Assembly (NCBI GenBank): GCA_902529935.1
Contig: CABZYK010000005.1
Location: 10,688 to 74,687, forward strand
Reading direction: 5' to 3'
Source: an uncultured SAR86 cluster bacterium
Lineage (GTDB): Bacteria > Pseudomonadota > Gammaproteobacteria > Magnimaribacterales > AG-339-G14
DNA length: 64,000 bases
Below the pieces are notes generated by a model. It was not told where the DNA came from. It ran no database searches and saw only the letters and a list, made by a program, of their open reading frames with translations. Positions 38,288-46,644 of the stretch are shown here, in pieces. Position 1 is the first letter of the stretch, and each line of letters begins with the position of its first letter. The position numbers were made by a program, and so were the translations under genes.

Positions 38288-39142
38288 ATGAAATTTGAAG
38301 GAACTAAATCTTATATCTCAACAGAAGATCTTAGTATGGCGGTTAATGCTGCTATTAACTTAGAAAGACCTTTACTAATTAAAGGAGAACCGGGTACAGG
38401 TAAAACTATGCTTGCTCTTGAGGTAGCTGAATCACTGGGGTTACCCTTGTATGAATGGAATATTAAATCTACTACTAAAGCTCAACAAGGATTATATGAA
38501 TACGATGCAGTGACAAGATTAAGGGATTCTCAACTAGGAGATGAAAGGGTAAAAGATATCTCTAATTACATAGAAAAAGGAAAATTATGGGAAGCTTTCG
38601 TATCAGAGGAAAGAGCAGTCTTACTCATAGATGAAATAGATAAAGCTGATATTGAGTTCCCAAATGACTTATTGCAAGAAATAGACCGAATGGAATTTTA
38701 TGTTTATGAAACAAAGGAAACAGTTAAAGCTATTCATAGACCAATTGTTATTATTACGAGTAACAACGAAAAAGAATTGCCGGATGCTTTCTTAAGGAGG
38801 TGTTTCTTTCATTACATTTCTTTTCCTGATAGAGAAACCATGCAAGAAATTGTTAAAGTCCACCATCCGAAAATAAAACAAAAATTAGTTAAAGAAGCTT
38901 TAGATATTTTTTTTGACGTCAGGAAAGTTCCAGGGTTAAAAAAGAAACCGTCGACCTCTGAATTAGTTGATTGGTTAAAACTTCTGATGTCAGATGATCT
39001 TCCAGATGAAATACTAAAAAATAGAGATGCTACTAAAGCGATTCCACCCTTATACGGAGCATTAATTAAAAATGAACAGGATGTTCAACTACTTGAAAGA
39101 CTTGCATTTATGGCAAGGAGAGAATCTGGAAATCAACAATAA
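38288..39142 (+). CDS. MoxR-class AAA+ ATPase
   Basis: Walker A GEPGTGKT, Walker B LLIDEIDK, sensor region ITSNNEKELPDAFLRRCF. 284 aa. Confidence 0.85.
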   Translation: MKFEGTKSYISTEDLSMAVNAAINLERPLLIKGEPGTGKTMLALEVAESLGLPLYEWNIKSTTKAQQGLYEYDAVTRLRDSQLGDERVKDISNYIEKGKLWEAFVSEERAVLLIDEIDKADIEFPNDLLQEIDRMEFYVYETKETVKAIHRPIVIITSNNEKELPDAFLRRCFFHYISFPDRETMQEIVKVHHPKIKQKLVKEALDIFFDVRKVPGLKKKPSTSELVDWLKLLMSDDLPDEILKNRDATKAIPPLYGALIKNEQDVQLLERLAFMARRESGNQQ

Positions 39143-40317
39143 TGCTTTTAAACCTATTCGGCACGCTTAGAAATACTGGAGTTCCCTGCACTCTCAGGGA
39201 ATTCTTAGACTTATTAGCTGGATTAGAGAAACAACTAGTTTTTGCTAACTCTGAAGACTTTTATTACTTATCGAGGGCAACACTAGTAAAAGATGAGAAA
39301 CACTACGATAAGTTTGATAGAGCTTTTGATATTTATTTTAAGGGTCTAGAAACTCTTGATGACATTATCGAAGCTCTAGTTCCAGAAGATTGGTTGCGTA
39401 AAGAGTTCGAGAAATTTTTATCTGAGGATGAATTAAAAAAAATAAAATCCCTTGGAGGTTTAGAAAAACTTTTAGAAGAATTTAAGAAAAGACTAGAAGA
39501 ACAGAAAGAAAGACACGAAAAAGGTGATAAATGGGTTGGTACTGGAGGAACATCTCCTTACGGTAATGCCGGTTCTAACCCGGAAGGCATAAGAGTTGAT
39601 GGCGAAGGAAAGCAAAATAAAGCAGTTAAAGTTTGGCAACAGAGGGATTACAAAAACCTAGATGATTCTGTAGAACTAGGAACGAGAAATATAAAAATGG
39701 CTCTTAGAAGATTGAGAAAATTTGCTCGCCAAGGAATCGAGGAAGAATTTGATTTAGATGGCACTATTAAGCACACTGCAAAAAATGCTGGGCTATTAGA
39801 TATTAAAATGATTGCCGAAAAACAAAATGCCGTGAAGGTACTTGTTTTCTTTGATGTTGGTGGTTCTATGGATCCTCATATTAAAGTATGTGAAGAACTC
39901 TTCTCAGCAGTTAAAACCGAATTTAAGCATCTTGAATATTTTTATTTTCATAATTTTATTTATGAATCTGTTTGGAAGGATAATAAACGCAGACATAATG
40001 AAAGAATTAAAACAGACGATATTCTCCATAAGTATGGATCAGATTACAAAGTTATCTTTGTCGGCGATGCAACAATGGCTCCTTATGAGATCACTAATCC
40101 TGGAGGAAGCATCGAACACTGGAATGAAGAGGCTGGTTCCTTATGGATGAAAAAAATTACTACAATTTACGATAAGGTTGCATGGCTTAATCCTGTGCCG
40201 TCTGAACATTGGGATTATTCTGCATCCATAGACATAACTAGAACTTTAATCGAAGATCGAATGTATGGTCTCACGTTAAAAGGTCTTGAAGATAGCATGT
40301 CTTATTTATCTAAATAA
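39142..40317 (+). CDS. VWA-domain protein, CoxE-like partner of the MoxR ATPase
   Basis: C-terminal VWA fold with a MIDAS-like VFFDVGGSM and a later VGDA. TAATG overlap with the ATPase gene. Size and order are typical of MoxR-VWA pairs. Confidence 0.8.
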   Translation: MLLNLFGTLRNTGVPCTLREFLDLLAGLEKQLVFANSEDFYYLSRATLVKDEKHYDKFDRAFDIYFKGLETLDDIIEALVPEDWLRKEFEKFLSEDELKKIKSLGGLEKLLEEFKKRLEEQKERHEKGDKWVGTGGTSPYGNAGSNPEGIRVDGEGKQNKAVKVWQQRDYKNLDDSVELGTRNIKMALRRLRKFARQGIEEEFDLDGTIKHTAKNAGLLDIKMIAEKQNAVKVLVFFDVGGSMDPHIKVCEELFSAVKTEFKHLEYFYFHNFIYESVWKDNKRRHNERIKTDDILHKYGSDYKVIFVGDATMAPYEITNPGGSIEHWNEEAGSLWMKKITTIYDKVAWLNPVPSEHWDYSASIDITRTLIEDRMYGLTLKGLEDSMSYLSK

Positions 40318-40319
40318 AT

Positions 40320-41237
40320 TTGTCTGAGAACGCTCTAAAAATAGAAAATCTTTCCAAGATCTATCCTGGAGATCTTGTTGCCCTAAATAATATTTCATTA
40401 GAAGTTAAAAAAGGGGATTTTTATGCATTGCTTGGTCCAAACGGAGCAGGAAAATCAACCACAATTGGCATTATTAGTTCACTAGTAACTAAAACATCTG
40501 GTTTAGTTGAGTTGATGGGCATTGATATTGATGTAAATCACAGCAAGGCTAAAAAAAACCTTGGCGTTGTTGGTCAGGAAGTTAATTTCAATCAGTTTGA
40601 AACTGTTTTGCAAATTCTCGAGCAACAAGCTGGTTACTTTGGCTTGCCCAGAAAAATAATCAAAGAAAGATCTGAGTATTACTTAAGAAATCTAGGCCTC
40701 TGGGATAAGAGGAAAGAACAGGGAAGAAATCTTTCCGGTGGAATGAAACGAAGACTGATGGTCGCAAAAGCCTTGATAAATAATCCAGATCTTTTAATTT
40801 TAGATGAACCAACTGCGGGTGTTGATATTGAACTTAGGAGATCACTTTGGGATTTTTTAATTGAAATTAATAACAACGGAACAACCATCATTTTAACCAC
40901 TCATTACCTAGAAGAAGCAGAAAAGCTATGCAAAAATATTTCCATAATTGATAAGGGAGAGATAGTAAAAACTTCATCAATGCAGTCATTGCTAAGAGAG
41001 TTAGATACAGAGATCTTTATATTTGATTTAAAGGATGAAATTGATTCTAAAAGTATTTCAAACAGTCCCTTTGAAATTAAGATATTGGACACATATCAAA
41101 TTTCAGTTGAGATAAATAAATCACAAAGTTTGAATGAAATTTTTGGATATTTGAATGAAAATAACCTGAATATTCTGAGTATGCGAAATGAAACCAATAG
41201 GTTAGAAGAACTATTTTTGGACTTAACAGAAAAATGA
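40320..41237 (+). CDS. ABC transporter ATP-binding protein (ABC-2/YadG-like)
   Basis: TTG start. Walker A GPNGAGKST, signature LSGGMKRRL, Walker B LLILDEPT. Confidence 0.9.
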   Translation: MSENALKIENLSKIYPGDLVALNNISLEVKKGDFYALLGPNGAGKSTTIGIISSLVTKTSGLVELMGIDIDVNHSKAKKNLGVVGQEVNFNQFETVLQILEQQAGYFGLPRKIIKERSEYYLRNLGLWDKRKEQGRNLSGGMKRRLMVAKALINNPDLLILDEPTAGVDIELRRSLWDFLIEINNNGTTIILTTHYLEEAEKLCKNISIIDKGEIVKTSSMQSLLRELDTEIFIFDLKDEIDSKSISNSPFEIKILDTYQISVEINKSQSLNEIFGYLNENNLNILSMRNETNRLEELFLDLTEK

Positions 41238-42007
41238 ATTACACAGAACAAATTAATGCTTTACTTAGCCTTATAAAAAAAGAATTGCATAGGTTTTTCA
41301 GGATTTGGACGCAAAGTTTAATTCCTCCTGTAGCTACCTCAGTCTTATACTTTGTAATCTTTGGTTCTTTAATAGGAAAAAGGATAGGAGATATGGGCGG
41401 GGTAGATTACATGCAATTTATGGCTCCCGGATTAGTAATGTTGTCAGTTATTACAAATTCTTATTCAAATGTAGTCGCTTCTTTCTTTGGAGTTAAATTT
41501 CAAAAAAGCATAGAGGAACTTCTTGTATCTCCAATGCCTATATATTTAATTATTATTGGATTTGTTGTTGGTGGAGTGGCAAGAGGAATAATAGTTGGTC
41601 TTTTAGTGATGATAACAGCTCTCTTTTTTACCAAACTTGAAGTTCAGAATATTCCTTTAACTCTTTTGATAGTGATTCTTACTGCAACTTTATTTTCTCT
41701 AGCTGGAATGATTAATGCAATTTTTGCGAACAGTTTTGATGATATAAGTATCGTTCCAACCTTTGTCCTCACTCCATTAATTTATTTAGGGGGGGTTTTT
41801 TATTCTATCGAACTTCTTTCAGACTTTTGGCAAGGAGTTTCTAAAATCAATCCAATCTTGTATATGGTAAATTCCTTCCGTTACGGGATGATTGGAATAT
41901 CAGATATCAGTGTTGACTATGCCATTTTAATGATTTGTTTATTTATTTTAATTTTTTCCATATTTGTTTATGTTCTCTTAAAAAGAGGAATAGGGATCAG
42001 AACATAA
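41234..42007 (+). CDS. ABC-2 type transporter permease (YadH-like)
   Basis: 6 TM helices, 257 aa, ATGA overlap with the ATPase gene. Confidence 0.85.
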   Translation: MNYTEQINALLSLIKKELHRFFRIWTQSLIPPVATSVLYFVIFGSLIGKRIGDMGGVDYMQFMAPGLVMLSVITNSYSNVVASFFGVKFQKSIEELLVSPMPIYLIIIGFVVGGVARGIIVGLLVMITALFFTKLEVQNIPLTLLIVILTATLFSLAGMINAIFANSFDDISIVPTFVLTPLIYLGGVFYSIELLSDFWQGVSKINPILYMVNSFRYGMIGISDISVDYAILMICLFILIFSIFVYVLLKRGIGIRT

Positions 42008-42008
42008 A

Positions 42009-43052
42009 ATGTTTGATTTTTTTATTGGTATATTATTTTTCGTTTCATCATTTAGCTTCAATGAATTTACAGAAATAAAGAGCTGTGACAATGATGATTC
42101 TTTTTCTATTGTTTGTGGATTTCAAAACCCTGAGGATTTATATTTATCTCCATCACAAAATAAAATAATTATTTCAGAATTTGGTTCTTTAGCTCCAAAT
42201 ACAAAATACGGAAAAATATCATTCTATGATTTAGTTACTGAATCAAAAGGAATTCCAAATTTTCTTTACGAAGAAAATACTTGGGGAGACCCAAAGTGTG
42301 AATTAAAAAGCAAACAATTATCACCTCATGGAATTGATTTGATTCAAAGAGATGATGGCAGGTATATGCTTGCAGTGGTGAATCATCTTCCAAGTGAATC
42401 TATTGAGCTCTTTGAGTTAGTTGAAAATGACTCTATTGAATTAATTTGGAGAGGTTGCGTTGATGCACCTGAAAATAAATATTTTAATGATGTGGCACTA
42501 AAGATCGATGGATCTTTTTATATTACTCATATGTATGACTTTGATTCATCTCAGTGGGCAATTGCATTCGCTAGTATGATTAAAAATACAACTGGAGAAG
42601 TATATTTTTGGAACCTTGAAGAGGGCTTTGCATCAGTACCAAATACAAAAGGTTCTTTTCCAAATGGTATTGATTTAGACGCGAATGAAGAAAATTTATA
42701 TATAAATTATTGGTTTTCAGGAAAAACAGTTAAATTTAATTTAAAAAGCTCATCTGTGGAATTTGAACATTTAGGCGGTGGCAAAGATAACTTATTGGTT
42801 ACAGACTCAGGACTCTGGGTTGCTGCTCATGATTATTCTGGTTTGGAGAGCTTACAATGCGATTACTCAATAATTCAATGTCCTTTACCGTTCACGATAC
42901 ATCATTTAGCTTTGGAAAATTTAGACGTGCTAGGTGTTTATAGCTTTTCCAAAGGGCAAATGGGAGCCGCTACTGTTGCGCTTCCTTATGAAAATAAGAT
43001 TTGGCTTGGATCATTTCATGGAGATAGAATAGCCAGCTTCGAATTGAAATAA
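42009..43052 (+). CDS. Paraoxonase/arylesterase (PON)-family six-bladed beta-propeller, probable lactonase, secreted
   Basis: N-terminal hydrophobic signal. It is collinear with mammalian PON1 as I recall it: NPEDLYLSP / GSEDLEILP; SPHGIDL..DDGRYMLAVVNH / NPHGISTF.DEDNAMYLLVVNH; FPNGIDL / FANGINI; a C-terminal ..WLGSFHGDRIASFEL / ..LIGTVFHKALYCEL. Confidence 0.7.
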   Translation: MFDFFIGILFFVSSFSFNEFTEIKSCDNDDSFSIVCGFQNPEDLYLSPSQNKIIISEFGSLAPNTKYGKISFYDLVTESKGIPNFLYEENTWGDPKCELKSKQLSPHGIDLIQRDDGRYMLAVVNHLPSESIELFELVENDSIELIWRGCVDAPENKYFNDVALKIDGSFYITHMYDFDSSQWAIAFASMIKNTTGEVYFWNLEEGFASVPNTKGSFPNGIDLDANEENLYINYWFSGKTVKFNLKSSSVEFEHLGGGKDNLLVTDSGLWVAAHDYSGLESLQCDYSIIQCPLPFTIHHLALENLDVLGVYSFSKGQMGAATVALPYENKIWLGSFHGDRIASFELK

Positions 43053-43054
43053 AT

Positions 43055-43144
43055 GGAGAGATGGCAGAGTGGTCGAATGCGCTCGCTTGGAAAGCGGGTA
43101 AGGGGGAAACTCCTTCAAGGGTTCGAATCCCTTTCTCTCCGCCA
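43055..43144 (+). tRNA. tRNA-Ser (anticodon GGA)
   Basis: 90 nt with a long variable arm: GGAGAGATGGCAGAGTGGTCGAATGCGCTCGCTTGGAAAGCGGGTAAGGGGGAAACTCCTTCAAGGGTTCGAATCCCTTTCTCTCCGCCA. Anticodon loop TTGGAAA. Confidence 0.93.
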
Positions 43145-43152
43145 TCATTAAA

Positions 43153-44007
43153 ATGGAATATATAGATTCAAAATATTTTAGTTACGCTGATCCTGATGAT
43201 CCTTATCTAAAAAGGTTAATCATAAGAACCATTGAAAGTCTTTCAGGTCAACCTGAGCTCTATAAACTTTATAACGAATATCAAAGATCTCCTGAGTTAT
43301 ATAGAAATTTTTGGGAAGGAAGCGTTAAGAAGTTGAATTTGAATGTCAATTTTTCTGAAGAAGCTTTAAAACAGATACCCAAAGAAGGCCCGCTTGTAGT
43401 TGTTGCAAATCATCCCTTTGGTGTGTTGGATGGGTTAGTTATCTGTTGGTTAATGAGCCTAGTAAGAGATGATTTTAAAGTTCTAACTCATTCCTTATTA
43501 CTTAGAGCGCCTGAGACTAAGGGATATCTCCTGCCAGTTGATTTTGCATTAACGAAAGAAGCAGTTAAGACAAATTTAGAAACTAGAAAACTTTCTAGAG
43601 AATTTCTCTCGAACGGAGGATCAATTGTTATTTTTCCAAGTGGATGTGTGTCGACTAAGATGAAAATGAGCGAAAAAATTGCTTTTGATTGCGAGTGGAA
43701 AGTATTTACTTCTAGGCTTATTAAACAAACTGATGCAACTATAGTTCCTATTTATTTTCAAGGACAAAATTCTGAGTTATTTCATTTAGCTAGTCGTTTT
43801 GGATTGATGTTGAGATCTGCACTACTATTCAGGGAAGTAAGAAGAAGAATGGGTACCGAAGTTCCCGTGACTATTGGTAAACCATTGAAACTGAAAGATT
43901 TTGAGGAAAACATATCAAATCAAGATCTGGTAAAAAGTTTAAGAACTTTAACTTATTCTTTAGATCCCAAATTACCTCCAGATCCTCCCATTGGCATGGA
44001 GTTATAA
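43153..44007 (+). CDS. PlsC-family (lysophospholipid/lipid A-type) acyltransferase
   Basis: VVANHPFGVLDG (His...Asp acyltransferase box) and IVIFPSGCVS (FPEG-like block). 284 aa. Confidence 0.6.
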   Translation: MEYIDSKYFSYADPDDPYLKRLIIRTIESLSGQPELYKLYNEYQRSPELYRNFWEGSVKKLNLNVNFSEEALKQIPKEGPLVVVANHPFGVLDGLVICWLMSLVRDDFKVLTHSLLLRAPETKGYLLPVDFALTKEAVKTNLETRKLSREFLSNGGSIVIFPSGCVSTKMKMSEKIAFDCEWKVFTSRLIKQTDATIVPIYFQGQNSELFHLASRFGLMLRSALLFREVRRRMGTEVPVTIGKPLKLKDFEENISNQDLVKSLRTLTYSLDPKLPPDPPIGMEL

Positions 44008-44010
44008 AAA

Positions 44011-44033
44011 TTTATAATTAATAGAATTATAAA
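44011..44033. promoter_or_regulatory. 9-bp perfect inverted repeat upstream of csrA
   Basis: TTTATAATT (44011-44019), AATAG, AATTATAAA (44025-44033). A second palindrome, CCTAATAAATTAGG, lies at 44056-44069. Both are AT-only, so the function (weak terminator or operator) is uncertain. Confidence 0.3.
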
Positions 44034-44092
44034 TATCTTGAAAAATATTAGTTTTCCTAATAAATTAGGCTTATTAATATTTCTGGGGGGAG

Positions 44093-44257
44093 ATGTTAGT
44101 TTTAAGCAGAAAAAAAGATCAAAAGTTATTGATCGGTGAAAATGTAACCATCACTGTTCTTGAAATTAAGGGCAGCCAAGTCAGATTAGGAATTACTGCA
44201 CCAAATCAAGTTCCTGTCCATCGAGAAGAGATAGTCTCTTTAGAGAAGACTACTTAA
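44093..44257 (+). CDS. csrA: Carbon storage regulator CsrA (RNA-binding translational regulator)
   Basis: 54-aa ORF below the track cutoff: [54 protein letters not shown]. It closely matches E. coli CsrA ([47 protein letters not shown]). GGGGGGA SD upstream. Confidence 0.93.
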   Translation: MLVLSRKKDQKLLIGENVTITVLEIKGSQVRLGITAPNQVPVHREEIVSLEKTT

Positions 44258-44289
44258 CCCTTTCTACTTTATACTTAGATTTTTAACGG

Positions 44290-44366
44290 GCGCCCGTAGC
44301 TCAGTTGGATAGAGCACCAGGCTACGAACTTGGGTGTCGGAGGTTCGAATCCTTCCGGGCGTGCCA
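44290..44366 (+). tRNA. tRNA-Arg (anticodon ACG)
   Basis: 77 nt: GCGCCCGTAGCTCAGTTGGATAGAGCACCAGGCTACGAACTTGGGTGTCGGAGGTTCGAATCCTTCCGGGCGTGCCA. Anticodon loop CTACGAA. A T7 run follows. Confidence 0.93.
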
Positions 44367-44388
44367 TTTTTTTATAGTAAAATAAGTC

Positions 44389-45765
44389 ATGGCATTAGAA
44401 CTAAATAGCAGTAAGCAACCCTTCGTAAAGATTAATTCCCCAAAATATAATCTTAAATTTCCTTTCGAAAGAAATTTTGATCTGACGGATCTTATGCTTT
44501 TTACTAAGGGTGATGAACCATATCAGCATTTTGCAAACCTACGAAATAACGCACCGGTATATTTTCATGAAACTGGTCCAGAAGATTCTGAACCTGGATT
44601 CTGGGTTTTAACAAAATATAAAGATATTGAGTTTGTATCAAAAAATCAGGAAATTTTTTCATCTCAGCTAGCTGGCGGAACTGCACTTACCCATGGTTTT
44701 GAACAACAAGATGATTTACCGTTGTATAGATCAACCATGGATCATATGCTCAGTCTAGATGGTATGTTGCATTTGAGTATGCGAAACCCACATATGGCCT
44801 TTTTTAATCCGAAGTACGTATCTAATTTAAGAAAAAAAGTAGAGCTTAAAGTTGATCAGCTATTGAATCAAATTGCACCTTTGGGAAGATGTAATCTTGT
44901 TGAGACAGTTTCAGCAGAGGTCCCAATGTTTACTTTGTGTGAAATGTTAGGAGTCCCTGAAGAAGACAGACCCAAAATCATCGAATGGATGAAATTTCTT
45001 GAAATGGCTCAACTTATTGCTGCTACTCAAGCTGCAGAAAAAGGTGATATTGAATTTTCAGAAGAGCACACTCAAGCAGCTCCTGATCCTGCTCTAGTAG
45101 AAATGTTTACTAATATGGTCGCTGAGATGTTTGATTATGGTAGGACAATTCTAGAATCTAGGAGAAAGGATCCTAAAGATGATCTTTTATCTGTGATTGC
45201 AAACATTGAGGTTGAAGGAGAAAAACTACCTAATGAGTATCTAGATGGTTCCTGGTTGTTAATAATTTTTGCAGGAAATGATACGACAAGAAATTCTATC
45301 AGCGGAACGATGAATTTATTGTCTGAGAATCCTGACCAAAAAAACTTAGTTTTAAATGATAAAAGTCTTTTACCAAATATGGTTCATGAATCAATAAGAA
45401 TGGTTTCTCCTGTAAGGTATATGAGAAGAACCACCAAATGCGATACTCAAATTGGAGATCAAGAGATCGGACCAAATGAAAAGGTTTCACTATGGTACGG
45501 CGCCGCAAATAGAGATCCAGAAATATTTACTAATCCCGATAAATTTGATGTAACTAGAGAGAATGCAAAAAAACATCTTGCCTTTGGTTACGGACGACAC
45601 TTATGCCTAGGTAAACATACGGCTAACATGCAGTTAGAAGTTGTCTATGAAAAAATATTCTCAAGGTTTCCTGAAATGGAACAGGATGGAGAAATGATCT
45701 TAACCCCGAATAATTTTGTTAACGCCATCCAAGACGTCCCGGTTAAGTTTAATCCAGAAAAATAG
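44389..45765 (+). CDS. Cytochrome P450 (soluble class I type)
   Basis: Heme-thiolate loop FGYGRHLCLGKHTA, I-helix AGNDTT, ExxR (ESIRM). 458 aa with no membrane anchor. Confidence 0.93.
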   Translation: MALELNSSKQPFVKINSPKYNLKFPFERNFDLTDLMLFTKGDEPYQHFANLRNNAPVYFHETGPEDSEPGFWVLTKYKDIEFVSKNQEIFSSQLAGGTALTHGFEQQDDLPLYRSTMDHMLSLDGMLHLSMRNPHMAFFNPKYVSNLRKKVELKVDQLLNQIAPLGRCNLVETVSAEVPMFTLCEMLGVPEEDRPKIIEWMKFLEMAQLIAATQAAEKGDIEFSEEHTQAAPDPALVEMFTNMVAEMFDYGRTILESRRKDPKDDLLSVIANIEVEGEKLPNEYLDGSWLLIIFAGNDTTRNSISGTMNLLSENPDQKNLVLNDKSLLPNMVHESIRMVSPVRYMRRTTKCDTQIGDQEIGPNEKVSLWYGAANRDPEIFTNPDKFDVTRENAKKHLAFGYGRHLCLGKHTANMQLEVVYEKIFSRFPEMEQDGEMILTPNNFVNAIQDVPVKFNPEK

Positions 45766-45768
45766 TCC

Positions 45769-46644
45769 TTGATTATGAAATCTCATCATATTTTATGTTT
45801 GTTTTGTTATTCGCTTAGCCTTGCAGCAGCAGCAGTTAGTCTTAGTGCAACCGATTCATTTGGATTGCATTTATGGGTTGATATTGTCATTGCGCATGTT
45901 GTTAGCACTTTAGTAATTTTTCTATTCAGTACCTTCTATTCTAATTCTAGCTTGTATGATCCTTACTGGTCTGTAGCGCCAGTTCCTATTTACTTTTTCA
46001 TTGCTTTATCTGATGAAAGCGGGATTAACCTAGAACGTATTTTTCTGGCAGGTATTCCGATTAGTTACTGGGCATTCAGATTGACTCATAATTGGTTGCG
46101 CACTTGGCCAGGTTTATCCAAAGAAGATTTTAGATATGTGAATCTGTACGAAACTTTTGGATCTTTCAAATGGTTCATAAATCTTTTTGGGATTCATCTT
46201 TTTCCTACTTTGATTGTAAATTTGTGTTTGTTCCCTTTATATTTTTATTTTATTGAAAACTCAGCAGATGTAACTTCATTTGATTATTTAATATGTTTGT
46301 TTACTCTCTCTATGGTTTTACTTGAACAGATATCTGATGAACAAATGCATATTTTTAAAGCGAATAATGAGAATAAAGGGAAGACCATGAATGAGGGTTT
46401 ATGGAAATATTCTCGTCATCCAAACTACCTTGGCGAAGTAGGTTTTTGGTTTGGATTATGTGGTTTTGGGTTAATCGGTACAAATGGTTCTGTTTTTCTT
46501 TTGATTTGCCCTATAGCCATGTTATTAATGTTTATGTTTGCATCTATTCCAATGATGGATAATAGAAGCCTGGAAAATAGACCTGATTATGCAGATTATA
46601 TGAAAAAAACTTCCTCTTTAATGCTTTTTCCAAGCAAAAAATGA
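45769..46644 (+). CDS. DUF1295 membrane protein (steroid 5-alpha-reductase/ICMT superfamily)
   Basis: Multi-TM protein with a C-terminal YSRHPNYLGEVGFWFG signature. The start is TTG 45769 or ATG 45775. Confidence 0.8.
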   Translation: MIMKSHHILCLFCYSLSLAAAAVSLSATDSFGLHLWVDIVIAHVVSTLVIFLFSTFYSNSSLYDPYWSVAPVPIYFFIALSDESGINLERIFLAGIPISYWAFRLTHNWLRTWPGLSKEDFRYVNLYETFGSFKWFINLFGIHLFPTLIVNLCLFPLYFYFIENSADVTSFDYLICLFTLSMVLLEQISDEQMHIFKANNENKGKTMNEGLWKYSRHPNYLGEVGFWFGLCGFGLIGTNGSVFLLICPIAMLLMFMFASIPMMDNRSLENRPDYADYMKKTSSLMLFPSKK

